Assembly: GCA_002269645.1 (NCBI GenBank)
Contig: NIVC01001180.1
Span: 248,997 to 312,996 of the forward strand
DNA length: 64,000 bases
Direction of reading: 5' to 3'
From: Macrostomum lignano
Lineage: Eukaryota
Shown one piece after another: positions 22,891-35,416 of the stretch. Under the pieces are notes generated by a model. That model saw only the letters and a list, made by a program, of their open reading frames with translations, ran no database searches and had not been told where the DNA came from. Made by a program: the position numbers and the translations under genes. How positions within the stretch are numbered: the stretch's first letter is position 1; each line of letters opens with the position of its first letter.

Positions 22891-24440
22891 ACATAAAGAA
22901 GTGAAAGACCACAGTTGCATCATGTCAGTTTGAACTAACAATTTTTTTCAATTGATGATGATCAAAACCTTAATCTTACCCCAACTATGGTCACTTCTTA
23001 TTCATTTGATTGGTGAATAACAAAGTGACTAAGCTCACTGAGTGCCTTTATTAGTAGATGACAAAGTCACCAATACTAGCTAGTAGATGATAAATTGGTC
23101 AAATGACAGTGGTAGATGACAGTATCTAGGAACTAGCAAAAAAGCTATATGTAACCATATATATCAAAAAGCTTTTGAGTCAAAGGAAGAGACAGTGAGC
23201 CAAAGGAAGAGATATTGCATGCCAAGCAGAGTGAGGGACAGGATGACGTAATATCAGCTAAAAGGTATAACACGCGCAGTCAGACCAAGCTCCCAAACAG
23301 ATGTCAGTGCTATTTGAAAAGGCTAATCTCGGTCTGGAGCTTATTAGAGGGACTAAAGTTCTGAGTCAGGGAAGAATTGGTAGCGAGGGTAAGGCACAGA
23401 ACAAATAAACAGGTGGGATCTCATTGGGTGAGGGAAGGTAATCAGAACAGCCAATTAGAAGTCAGTTATTGGGAAGACCAGGAGTGGTCAGCTAGGAAAT
23501 CAGGGCAGTCAGCCAATGAAAATTCAGCTTTTGATTAAATGAACTGATGGGCAAATTAAGACAAACAATGCCTGGGGTGGGGTGCCACGCCTATATAAAC
23601 AAACACTCAAGGCAAGAGGAAGTCAACTATAGTCGTGTTGACAGCTAATTAACCATTCTGGTTTGATTGACCGTGCTGGACTGTAATCTCCATAATGGAA
23701 GAGGCTCATTCCATATAAGCATGGTCGTAACATGACAGGCTATTTTTACTTATAAAATGAAATATAATAATAGAATATACTAAACCAATATTTTAAATGA
23801 AAGATAATTTTGTCAAAAATATTTTTATAGAGTTTCATGTAGATATCATCATTAGTATAGATGCTATTAAACCTTGAATGGCACTTATGGTCGTAACAAC
23901 AGGATTTTTGACATATAGAAACTAAAAGGTAAAAGTCTTATAACATTTTTATTTTTGATATTTTGCAATACATTTTTTAAAATTTGACTCAGAACATCTT
24001 TAGTAATCATACTCTTTCTGTAGAATATATAAACTCAAAAAGGCAACAAAGATACAAAAGAAAAGGCAGCCTTATGGTCGTAACATTATGGTCGTAACAT
24101 ATTTTTTTCTGTCAATTCAGTAACTTTGAGGTACCAATATATTAAAAATATAATAGATTATTTGGTCACCAATACTTTTATCTGATGATGCAAGTACTAT
24201 ACTTTTATCTATAGTTTGTTTCAACCTTCCAAAGCTTTCTATTTGTTTTTAAAAGGTACACAAACTTAATGATGTCTTTTGCTTAGAAAAATGTCTAAAT
24301 TTTTACAAAAATGACTTTTTGCCACTTGATAGCATACTAATCTAACATTTTATCATTCATTTATTCTTAGATTGTAGATATTACACATAAAAAACATTTG
24401 GTAAAAAAATTGGCTGATAAGGCAATGGCAAGCAAAAATA

Positions 24441-25475
24441 TTGACTTTTTTCTATTTTCCAAAAATGTCCATCTTATATGGAATGAGCCAAGACACTATT
24501 GACATCATGGCGGAGGATGACATCCTCAATAAGATCCTAGCAGACATTGAAGTAGGTAGTGTAGAAGAAATCAAAGCAAATGCGAGTGTGCCAACAACAA
24601 CAGTAATGTCAGACAGAAACGCTGTGATGGCATTGACAATGATGGCGATGTCAGACAGCAACACCATGATGGCACTGACTACGGTGGAATGCCAAGAAGA
24701 CCACCCGGCTAGGCAGCTAAAGTCCATGGTCATCAAGCGGACGTCTACGGAAGCAGAAGGCACTCAGTCAGCTAAACGGCCTGCTCTGGGGAGTCAACCT
24801 TTGGTTCCACATGACTCCAAGGCCCAAGCTCAGCTGCTCAGCGATCAAGCCAACAGGCCAGTGCCTGTAATTTTGGCCATAATGAAGCGGCAGCTGCAGG
24901 GCGCCAAGAGCCCAATCTGCCTTGCCAGTCAGTACCAGCCAATTCAGCCGAGGCTGTCGGCAGCAGCTGGCAGGCGAGGGCAACAACCAGCGCCAGCAGT
25001 AGCAGCAGCCAGCCGCCAAAGGCCAGCAGCAGCAGCAGCATCAGCAAACAGCGGGCAGCCTGTGACAATGTCAGCAGTAGCTCCAACGCCACCAGCACCG
25101 TCTATGATCTCGAAGTAGCAACGGCCTCAAGACGAAGCAGCACGAGGGTCAGCCAGCGCCGCATCGGCCACAGACCTCAGCTTAGGAGCCAATTTTCCAG
25201 CTGTCCTCGACAGGATCCCAAGAGGACAGCATGATCAGCTGAAGCATTTCATCAAGATGCTGAAGGGGCACCTGATGCGAATGGCTTATTTATGCACTGA
25301 CTGGCCCACTCCAATGCCAGTGCACGCAGGCCAAGCTGGTATTATGCCTGCTAGTGCAACAGTTCGACTTGGAGTTGCGAATTGCAGCATGGCGCCAAGC
25401 GGTGCAGTACCATTGTCTGTTGCTGCAAATCGAAATTTGTTGGATGGCGGACTAGATCGGTTGGCCGTACCATGA
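24441..25475 (+). pseudogene. Q/A-rich ORF of unknown product, interrupted by one in-frame TAG; probably transposon-associated
   Basis: Track ORFs 24441-25118 and 25257-25475 are in the same frame. Reading through TAG at 25116-25118 (AAG TAG CAA CGG) gives a continuous frame with a weakly BESS-like C-terminal part. The motif ATGGTCGTAAC occurs four times upstream (~23720-24100). Confidence 0.45.
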
Positions 25476-28130
25476 CCAGCTACTGGACAAATTCAAACTG
25501 GGATGTAATTGAGAATGTCTATTGCTAGTATGGACTTTTGCAATTGCTAAAATTTGTGAGATTGCTTATTTGTGTGAATTTTCTATACAAGTGCTTATTT
25601 CTTTGTGAACTTGCTTTTATAAATTGCTTACCTGTGTGAATTACTTGTTAAGCATCTTTTTTTTCGAAAAAATTCCCATTTTGCTTACTTTGAACTAATA
25701 ATTGCATACCCAATTTTCATTTTGCTTATTTTTTGGCAAATAGTTGCTTGGTGTACTTTGTGACTCAGTTTTTCTATTTTTTATATATTCCTTTGCAATC
25801 ACGTTTATTATTTTTTGTGCCATTAATAAGTTATAAGTTAAGTTATAGTTAATAAGTGCCATTTTTTGTGCTCAGTTTTTTATGCTTATGGACTATTGTC
25901 TTTTCCATTATTATACACTACTAGTATCATTTTGCTCACTTAATAATTCACAAAATAATATTCAGGGAAGCCAACTGTAGAAGGGCCTATATTTTATTCT
26001 ATGAAATTATTATTATTCTTAAAAGTTAAATTCCCGCCAAATAACAAATACCATATATTTTTCTTTTAGAAATTTTGTTTTAAAAAGGCAAAGTAATTTT
26101 GTTTTAGTTAACTATTGTTTAAACGCATGATATACGAACCAAAAGGACAAGACTTTGTCTACTATAAATACAAGGCCAAAATAGAACATTTCTTTTACCT
26201 TTTGGGTTCATTACTCAGTTAACTAGAAATCAAGATTCCTTTGGTTTGCTGATTTGGTTATTTGAGCAGGATTTTGAGATAAAATACTATGTTGGATAGA
26301 AAAGGGCGTTTTTGCCAGTACAGTTATAAGCAGGGATTGCCAATCAAGCATTTTGCTCAGTAAAGGGGTGGAATACCCAGTAAAAGGGGTGAAATACCCA
26401 GTGGAAAGGTTGAATTACCCAGGAAAGGAGGATTCCTAGGGAATAGATTCAGGCTGTTGCAGCTAAGTGTGATGCAGTTTTAAGTCGTGAAAGACAGTAC
26501 TAAAAGCTAGAAACCCCTCAGTCTTGGTAACACCATGTTTGGACTATATAGTTTAAGAGTTTAGTAGTATACAGCAGTGTCTTGCTGCCCAGGCACTGAA
26601 GCTACCCAGGGTAATTTGTACCAACAATAACCCATAGCATATAAAGTACATGTAAGTATAAAAGTAGGATTTTTTTAGAAATAATAGGCCTAATACATTT
26701 TTTAAGAATAGGATAAATGATTTCTAGTACAATTTGGTGAAGAAACTGCAGGACTCAATAGACAGGGGAATTAGGCTTGCAACAACTTGGTGAAAAATTG
26801 GTGGGATATTATAAAATAGCGAAGGGGCCTAGAACATTAGTTTGTTATTGTTTGTAGCATAGATAACAATCTTAGAGTTAAAATAACAAATTTTTGCTTT
26901 TCAAACATAGCCTTGGAAATATCTAGGCGTATCTTTGAGAATTTGGCTAGTTGCAAATGGGCAACCTGGCAATATATATTAATAGGCTTAATTAAAAAAA
27001 CTTTTTATTTTAGTTCCCTTTAAATTAAATAGATGAAGCAGCTTCTCATCATAGACAAAAGACACATTAAGATTGGCAAGCGCAAACTTATTAATTAGCT
27101 GTTATTTGCCATATAGACTAGGCCTAAGGCTTGTGACAATTATTTCTTAAACTTCCATTGGTCAGTAGGTGACTGCATTAAAGTACTGACTAATATTTAA
27201 AAACAGATGAGCTTTTCTTGGACTAGTCTAAAAAAACTCAAAAGATAAGCTTTTTTAAGGCTAGATGGGAGATTTTTTTTAGCTTTTCCCTATTTAGCCT
27301 ACTGCCATTGGGTATAAACTTTGTCCAACTTGTAATTTAACTGCATTATGAGTAGGCCCCTAGGGGTTGCAAACGCCAAAATCCCAGTTTTTTCTAACTT
27401 TTTTGCAATTGCAATCCTGGGATCCTGGGATGCAATCCTGGGATTAGAAAAATACAGATTTTTAAGCTTTTCGGTTGAAATTTTAAGGGAAAAAATATGC
27501 GCTCAACAAATTTTTGCTTTTATTTTTTTGTATTGTTCTAGAGATAATGATTTTTTGTACATGAAAAACAGCATTATCTTGTGACATATTCAAGCAAGTA
27601 GTATAAAAGTACTAATTAAAAGTAAAGAAGAAAATCATGTATATCAAAATTTATATTGGAATAAATTTCACATTAAAGCTGTGATGTGGGGTTTAAAAAG
27701 GCCCACACAACATGAGGCGATTAACAGAAATTAGCGCAGTATGATAAACTAGTTGTGGGCCCAATTATGTTCATATTACAACATTATTGTAAAAATGTCA
27801 TACAGTCTCTAGAACCAGTGGTGGTGTAGGCTGCTATGATGGCAGCATCGCAGTTGTTGTCTTCGCAGTTGCAGGATGTCAAGTCAGGCCATTGGCAGCC
27901 ACAGACCACAGGGCACCGACAAAGGAGCTGAGTTCTGGTTGGTCATTAAAACCATTGTGCTGTGCAGCTAAGCAATGCTGTTATTGCTTCGTTGTTTGGC
28001 ATGACCTTAGCTAAGCTGTTGGCCATTTATATTGCCTGCTGCTTTCTAGCCTGTGGTGGCTTATCATTAGTAGTATTGAAACATGAATGGCTGCAGCTCA
28101 CATTGTCAGCTTCTTTGTCACTGCAAACAC

Positions 28131-28472
28131 CTAAATGAGGAATGAGGCGGGGTAGAGCAGCTCCCTGTCTGGAATGGCATTTATCCGCAAACATGTTGTA
28201 TCTTCATATTGCAAAGAAGGATGGCTGTACTCATTGTCAGTAAAATGCAAACTGCACACTTGCAATCCCATCTTGCGAATGGCTCCGATGCTTATATCGG
28301 CAATGTCTAAGTCAATTTCCAGCATCTGCCACCATCGATTCTTAACTCCGTCGTCTGCTGGAAAACCTGCATGCATTCGCACAGCCACTCCTTTGTCCAT
28401 TAGAGATTGCACTGTATGGCTGCCACAGCAGCACTTTAAGCTGAATTCCATGCCAGTTTGGTGATCGCACAA
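28131..28472 (-). pseudogene. THAP zinc-finger domain remnant, likely transposon-derived
   Basis: KCCCGSH...HAGFPADDGVKNRWWQML...QVCSLHFTDNEY...LRINAIP has the THAP signature (Cys pair, P, W, CSxHF, AIP). The downstream frame is broken by stops. Confidence 0.65.
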
Positions 28473-29762
28473 AATTGAGCTGGTATTGTGTCAGTCTTGC
28501 TCTGTTTGCTAGTAAGCCTCAAAGTGTGAAGTATAAAATCTTTCCTTTCTCCATCCGTCCTACCTCTCATTTAAACTCCCATATCTTGTAGCACTTGACT
28601 GCTAGCTAAAAACAAAGTCAATCAATTTCTTTGGCTTTCTATGGCCAAGACTACATTTTTTGGGTAGGGAACAGATTTTAAATGAGTGTTTTATGCCTGA
28701 GAATTTCAATCCACTCATCCACTGCCAAGCTTGCCTATTATTTCCTTAAAAAACAAAAACAGAGCAAATATGCGCTTATGCCACTGGACAGAGAGTAGCA
28801 AGTCAAACTGACATATAAAGATAGTGCTGAGTGAACCATCTAGATTATTTAGTATCTGTGGTTATGGCTAGACACCTTTCTGCACCATTTTTTATTATTC
28901 CTCTTGCACAAGTACAGCATAGCAAAAGTGCATAGCAATGGCTCTGTATAATATGGAAATAACCATGTAAGACCTTGCTATGATGATAGCTACAACATGC
29001 GACCTAATTAACTGGCTAGCCACTTACCAACTTATTGCCAACCAATGTGCATATAATAACTACCATGGTATACCATTTGACTGCAATGTTGTCAAGGTGA
29101 TTGGTTCATTGATAGGTATGCTTGGGCCTATCCTGGTTGCCATGCTTAAGTCTCAATCTGGAAGGATTCTTTTTTGAATGGAATCACCTAGAGTTGTGCC
29201 AACTTATTGACCTAATCTAATAGTGTTTGGTGGATGCTAGGCAGCAAAAATACTGGTATGTGCCAATACAATATTAGCTGCCAGTTGATGATTGACTGGC
29301 AGAACTTCATCTGTGACATTTTTTGTGCCCAGTACCTACTGGACCATCCAATGCAGCTTGCAGTGACATACTTGCCTTGGATATCTTGTCAGCTAGCTAG
29401 ATGGGCTAATGAGTTATGCAAAAAATAATACATATGGTTTACTCATGTATAGGCCTTTCTAGGCAAAGAAAAATTCACTTTCAGAAAGCCTAAATTTTAT
29501 TATTATATAACCTAATGCTTTTTGGAGATAATAAATAATAAAAGATATGAAAATTAAATTAGGCAAAATAAATATCTTGCCATAAAAATATGGCATTGTT
29601 TTGCATTCATACTGCCTATATTTCCCCACCACATGCAAAAAAATTGTACAAAACATTCAGCTACTAAAATAAGATAATTCAAACCAAATCAACAACTTTC
29701 TAAGCTACTCTGATAAATAATACATAAAGTTTGTTTCTGTCCTTATTTTCAGCCTCATTTGC

Positions 29763-32700
29763 ATGGCTCGCAAGAACAAAAAAGGTCGCGCCAAACGGCG
29801 CAACAAAGCCCAGCCAGGCCGGGAAGAAGAGGAGAAAGCCAAGCCGCACACAATGATCTTCTCCAGGGCTGGGGTTGGCAAATTTGTTAAACAATTGGCC
29901 ACTGACTTGCGCCTAGCATTCGAGCCCTACACCGCCATGCGCCTGCGCTTCAGCAAGTCTAACGTGCTTAAAGACGCCGTAGCCATTGCTGGTAAATTCG
30001 CCGTCAGCCACCTGGTCTATTTCACTCATCCTAGCGATTCTATTAACATGCGCATAGTTGCCTGTCCGCACGGTCCTACTCTGACCTTTCGTGTCCTGTC
30101 CTACTGCCTGCGCGCCGATGTGCTCAGCGCGGCTCGCCGGATCAACAGTAGCGCCTCAATTTATCAGCATCCGCCTCTGTTGATTATGAACGGCTTCACT
30201 GGCGAGGGTCGGCAGCTTCGCTTGCTGACTACCACTTTTCGAAGCCTGCTGCCTTCGTTGAATTTGCAGCAGTTGAATCTGCGGACTGTTCGTCGATGCT
30301 TACTGTTGAATTACGATCCGGAGACTGATCAGATCCAGCTGCGGCATTATAGCGTGCGACTGGCGCCCAGGGGCGTGTCCAAGGCTGTGCGACGACTGCG
30401 CAGGAAGAAGGTTTGAGTGCTGCCAGGCTGGATGGGACAATTCACACTCTGGTATTCAATGTGTACTGCACCCTCTCAGTCTATTCACTGTGTGCTGCAC
30501 CCTCCCAGTCTATTCACTGTGTGCTGCACCCTCCCAGTCTATTTACTGTGTGCTGCACCCTCCCAGTCTATTCAATGTGTGCTGCACCCTCCCAGTCTAT
30601 TCACTGTGTGCTGCACCCTCCCAGTCTATTCACTGTGTGCTGCACCCTCCCAGTCTATTCACTGTGTGCTTCACCCTCCCAGTCTATTCACTGTGTGCTG
30701 CACCCTCCCAGTCTATTCACTGTGTGCTGCACCCTCCCAGTCTATTTACTGTGTGCTGCACCCTCCCAGTCTATTCAATGTGTGCTGCACCCTCCCAGTC
30801 TATTCACTGTGTGCTGCACCCTCCCAGTCTATTCACTGTGTGCTGCACCCTCCCAGTCTATTCACTGTGTGCTTCACCCTCCCAGTCTATTCACTGTGTG
30901 CTGCACCCTCCCAGTCTATTCACTGTGTGCTGCACCCTCCCAGTCTATTCACTGTGTGCTGCACCCTCCCAGTCTATTTACTGTGTGCTGCACCCTCCCA
31001 GTCTATTCACTGTGTGCTGCACCCTCCCAGTCTATTCACTGTGTGCTGCACCCTCCCAGTCTATTCACTGTGTGCTGCACCCTCCCAGTCTATTCAATGT
31101 GTGCTGCACCCTCCCAGTCTATTCAATGTGAGTGCTGCACCCTCCACTCAGCAGGTGTAGTAGCATCCTCATCTCAGTCTATTCAGCAGGTGTTGTAGCA
31201 CCCTCCCAGTCTACTCAGCAGGTGTAGTAGCATCCTCATCTCAGTCTACTATTCTATCACCCTCTCTCCACAATCTTCAGTAGGTCATTGCTTAGTGTCA
31301 CGCCCAAGATTGAGAAGTCCTTATTAAGCACCCGCCCCTGAACGCCAACCGACTCAGGTGCCGGATCTGAGCCGCTACACCGATTTCAACGATTTCGTCA
31401 ACGGCGCCGGCTGCGCGTCCGACTCCGGCCTGTCCGACGCGGACTTTGACGGCGACCACAACACCATTGACTGTCTGCCTGTTGGCGTCGGGCCGGCCAA
31501 TCCCCAGGGCGGTGCGTCGGCTGTTCGCTTAACGGAGCTCGGTCCTCGGATAGAATTGCAGCTGCTCAAAGTGGAGGAAGGCGTCAACTCAGGAGCGGTG
31601 CTCTATCACAAGTTTGTGATGAAGACGCCAGAGCAGCTGGTCGAGCTGGATAGTCGGGCCAGGCGCAAGCGGCGGCTTAAGGCTAAGAGACGATCGGATC
31701 AGGTGAGGGAAATGCTGTGCTTCCTACTTCGCAAGTTTTAAAATGTTAAGCGAAAAGGTTTGAATCGTTGGAAGCGGTAAATTTTCGGGGCTTTATTAAA
31801 AATGACCGATCCAAAGTTCAACACAAGATCTAGTACTGCTGCTATTGTTGTTGCTATGGCCCTATTCAATTTTCTATAAATCCCGGAACAATCGCGTCTT
31901 TAGGGTTTACTGCTTAGCTCAGTATTTAATAGATGTAGCTAAGCATATGCTCACATATGCCATCTTCCCCATCCCCTACACTTCCCCATCCCCTACACCC
32001 CCATCCCTTACACTCTTCCCCATCCCCTACACTCTTTCCCATCCCCTACACTCTTTCCCATCCCCTACACTCTTCCCCATCCCCTACACTCTTCCCCATC
32101 CCCTACACTCTTCCCCATCCCTTACACTCTTCCCCATCCCTTACACTCTTCCCCATCCCCTACACTCTTTCCCATCCCCTGCACTCTTCCTCATCCCCTA
32201 CACTCTTCCCCATCCCTTACACTCTTCCCCATCCCCTACACTCTTTCCCATCCCCTGCACTCTTCCTCATCCCCTACACTCTTCCCCATCCCTTACACTC
32301 TTCCCCATCCCCTGCACTCTTCCTCATCCCCTACACTCTTCCCCATCCCTTACACTCTTCCCCATCCCCTGCACTCTTCCTCATCCCCTGCACTCTTCCC
32401 CATCCCTTACACTCTCCCCCATCCCCTGCACTCTTCCCCATCCCCTACACTCTTCCCCATTCCCTACACTCTTCCCCATCCCTTACACTCTCTCCCATCC
32501 CCTGCACTCTTCCCCATCCCCTACACTCTTCCCCATTCCCTACACTCTTCCCCATCCCCTACACTCTCCCCCATCCCCTACACTCTTCCTCATCCCCTAC
32601 ACTCTTCCCCATCCCCTACACTCTTCCCCATCCCTTACACTCTTCCCCATCCCCTGCACTCTTCCTCATCCCCTACACTCTTCCCCATCCCTTACACTCT

Positions 32701-33277
32701 CTCCCATCCCCTGCACTCTTCCCCATCCCCTACACTCTCCCCCATCCCCTGCACTCTTCCCCATCCCCTGCACTCTATAAATATAACATTAAAATTGGCT
32801 GCTTGCCTACTCGAATATTCACTGAAATAGTAGTTTATATCAATCATACAAGCGTATTTATTTCATCGCTCACCGCAGGCTGACCGGGTGACGGCCAAAG
32901 CCGAGGAGCGCCTGCGGCACAAGCGTCGCTGCCTGGAGGGCATGGTGGCGGCCGGACAGCTCAGCGCCGAAGAGGCCGACCGTCTGCTAAAAGAGGAAGC
33001 CAAAGGCGACGGCGAGGGCGAAGGCGAATCGGCGGCGGGTGCTAACGGCGACGATGCAGCCGCTCCGCCGAAGAAGAAGACTCGATTGTCCTCGTCGGGG
33101 TTGGCTAAGAGCTCCGCAGCCGGAAAGGACAAGAAGACAGTCCGGGCAAAGGCATTGGCAAAGAAGTCTCCGGCGGGCAAGGCCAAAGCAAAAAGCGGCA
33201 TAAAGAAGAAGTCAACAAAATTAACAGCCAGAAAGAAGTCGGCTGGCGTGAGAAAGGCCGGCCGGGCCAGGAAGTGA
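29763..33277 (+). CDS. PPAN: Peter Pan / Ssf1 Brix-domain 60S biogenesis factor, 3 exons, ~463 aa
   Basis: Exons 29763-30410, 31358-31702 and 32879-33277 (GT-AG, phase 0). Motifs PHTMIFSR, DLRLAFEPYTAMRL, NVLKDAV, HGPTLTFRVLSYCL, IQLRHYS, VPDLS and VRLTELGPRIELQLLKVEEG..GAVLYH are typical of PPAN/Ssf1. AATAAA at ~33369. Confidence 0.94.
30465..31260. repeat. 29-bp minisatellite (TGTGTGCTGCACCCTCCCAGTCTATTCAC) in PPAN intron 1
   Basis: About 23 copies plus a degenerate tail. Confidence 0.95.
31960..32775. repeat. 19-bp pyrimidine-rich minisatellite (CCCCATCCCCTACACTCTT) in PPAN intron 2
   Basis: About 40 copies. Confidence 0.95.
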
Positions 33278-33554
33278 CCGAGTTATTTAGTTTTCTAAGA
33301 AAAAGAATTCTCCATCTTCAATATGTCAATAACGCAAATTTCTTCTGCTTAGTAGAAATTACGTAATTAATAAAGCTAACCAAATTGATTGCGCAATGCT
33401 CTGGCATTTCTTCCCCAAGCCCCGATGTTGACCCCAAGCGAGCATTGGCGGCGATGTGCTAATTGCATTTTTGAATTGCTGTTATCTTGTGGTTAATCTT
33501 TATTTGCTCAAATTCTATGCCATAGTCATGTAACATTCCAAACTCTTACCCATT

Positions 33555-34358
33555 ACTTACACTCTCTTCCCCATCCCCTGCACTCTCTTTCTCATCCCTA
33601 CACTCTCTTACCCATCCCCTGCACTCTCTTCCCCATCCCCTGCACTCTCTTCTTCACCCCCTACACTCTCTTCCCCATCCCCTGTACTCTCTTCCCCATC
33701 CCCTGCACTCTCTTCTTCACCCCCTACACTCTCTTCCCCATCCCCTGTACTCTCTTCCCCATCCCCTGCACTCTCTTCTTCACCCCCTACACTCTCTTCC
33801 CCATCCCCTGTACTCTCTTCCCCATCCCCTGTACTCTCTTCCCCATCCCCTACACTCTCTTCTTCACCCCCTACACTCTTCCCCATCCCCTGTACTCTCT
33901 TCCCCATCCCCTGTACTCTCTTCCCCATCCCCTACACTCTCTTCTTCACCCCCTACACTCTTCCCCATCCCCTGTACTCTCTTCCCCATCCCCTACACTC
34001 TCTTCTTCACCCCCTACACTCTTCCCCATCCCCTGTACTCTCTTCCCCATCCCCTACACTCTCTTCTTCACCCCCTACACTCTCTTCCCCATCCCCTGTA
34101 CTCTCTTCCCCATCCCCTACACTCTCTTCCTCATCCCCTACACTCTCTTCTTCACCCCCTACACTCTCTTCCCCATCCCCTACACTCTCTTCTTCACCCC
34201 CTACACTCTCTTCCCCATCCCCTACACTCTCTTCCTCACCCCCTACACTCTCTTCCCCATCCCCTGTACTCTCTTCCCCATCCCCTACACTCTCTTCTTC
34301 ACCCCCTACACTCTCTTCCCCATCCCCTGTACTCTCTTCCCCATCCCCTGTACTCTCA
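33555..34358. repeat. 21-23 bp minisatellite (CCCCATCCCCTGTACTCTCTT) in the PPAN to claudin-like spacer; related to the PPAN intron 2 unit
   Basis: About 35 copies, ending ~50 nt before the acceptor of the next gene. Confidence 0.95.
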
Positions 34359-34412
34359 TCATCGTCAAACGTTTTACCTAACAGTTTTATTGGCATTCGG
34401 TCAATTTCAGCA

Positions 34413-35129
34413 ATGAACTCCGACTACGATAACAGTAGAAAGCGAATTGTGTCCGGCTACGGCCGTTCAGCTCTAGTCTGCTCAGCTGTGAGCCTCCTGT
34501 GCACCCTGGTGTCATTCGTGACGCCATTCTGGCTGCAGTCCTGGCCGCGGGTGCACACCCCGGTGGACAGACTCGGCCTGTGGGAGTTCTGCCTTGACGG
34601 CCTGGTGCACCGGCTTGACCCGGAGATGCGCTCCTACTTTGGCTGCTGGTGGTCATTTGCTCCGGAGTTCTACCCAATTAGAGACTTCCTGATGCCGCCT
34701 TGGTTCCGCTTTGTTCAGTTTTTCATCACCATCAGCCTGCTGTTGCTGATCTGCGGCTTCATCTTATGCCTGCTGTACGTGCTGGGATGCATTAACAATG
34801 CCGAGAGGCGGGCCCTGCTCAGCCGGTGCCTGGCTTACCTATTCGCCGTGATTGGCACTCTGATTGGCATCGGAGTGATCATCTTCGGGTCCAAGTGCCT
34901 GGACCCTTACTGGCTGCCGCTGCCGTCACTGAACTGGCCGTCCTGGAGCTTCGGCCTGGCCGTGCTGGCTGCGCTGTTCTGCTTCTTCACCAGCTGCTTC
35001 CTGGTGCCGCAGATGAAGCTAGATAGGGAGCTCACCCAGCTGAATGAGTACGCTTTTCCTATGCACGCTAAGTCTACGGTTACGGAGAAGCTCATGAAGA
35101 GTCACAGTCCATCGGATACTGTCATTTAA
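34413..35129 (+). CDS. Intronless claudin/PMP22-superfamily four-pass membrane protein (invertebrate septate-junction claudin-like), 238 aa
   Basis: Four hydrophobic segments and the claudin loop-1 signature W(L)..-GLW..C...C (PFWLQSW...LGLWEFCLDG...GCWW), plus WSFGLA before TM4. A TTTCAG acceptor lies 2 nt before the ATG. Confidence 0.88.
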   Translation: MNSDYDNSRKRIVSGYGRSALVCSAVSLLCTLVSFVTPFWLQSWPRVHTPVDRLGLWEFCLDGLVHRLDPEMRSYFGCWWSFAPEFYPIRDFLMPPWFRFVQFFITISLLLLICGFILCLLYVLGCINNAERRALLSRCLAYLFAVIGTLIGIGVIIFGSKCLDPYWLPLPSLNWPSWSFGLAVLAALFCFFTSCFLVPQMKLDRELTQLNEYAFPMHAKSTVTEKLMKSHSPSDTVI

Positions 35130-35416
35130 GCTGTTGTGGCGGCTTTGACATTCGTGTTTGTCAATTTGTCTGATAAAAAATCACATTGGGGAGTAAGTAA
35201 TAGGTGTATTGGGGAGTAAGATTACAACAATTTAATCTACAGATCTACAGGCAGAAGCCACTCCTATGTCTATGGCATCACCGAATTAAATGGTGATCAA
35301 ATGAAATCAAACGGAAAATCAAACGTAAATACTACATCCGATAGTATCTGCTGGCCTTCATCGGTTTAAGGCTCCTTCGTAACTTCTTTATTGTGTTTAG
35401 AAAGAGATAATACTTG

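Noticed and set aside
23290-23640. Solo LTR or promoter (CCAAT boxes, TATATAA)
   Set aside because: No second copy, TG..CA ends or TSD could be established in the window.
30413-34396. C/H/P-rich and E/G-rich repeat ORFs around PPAN
   Set aside because: All coincide with minisatellites in introns or the spacer.
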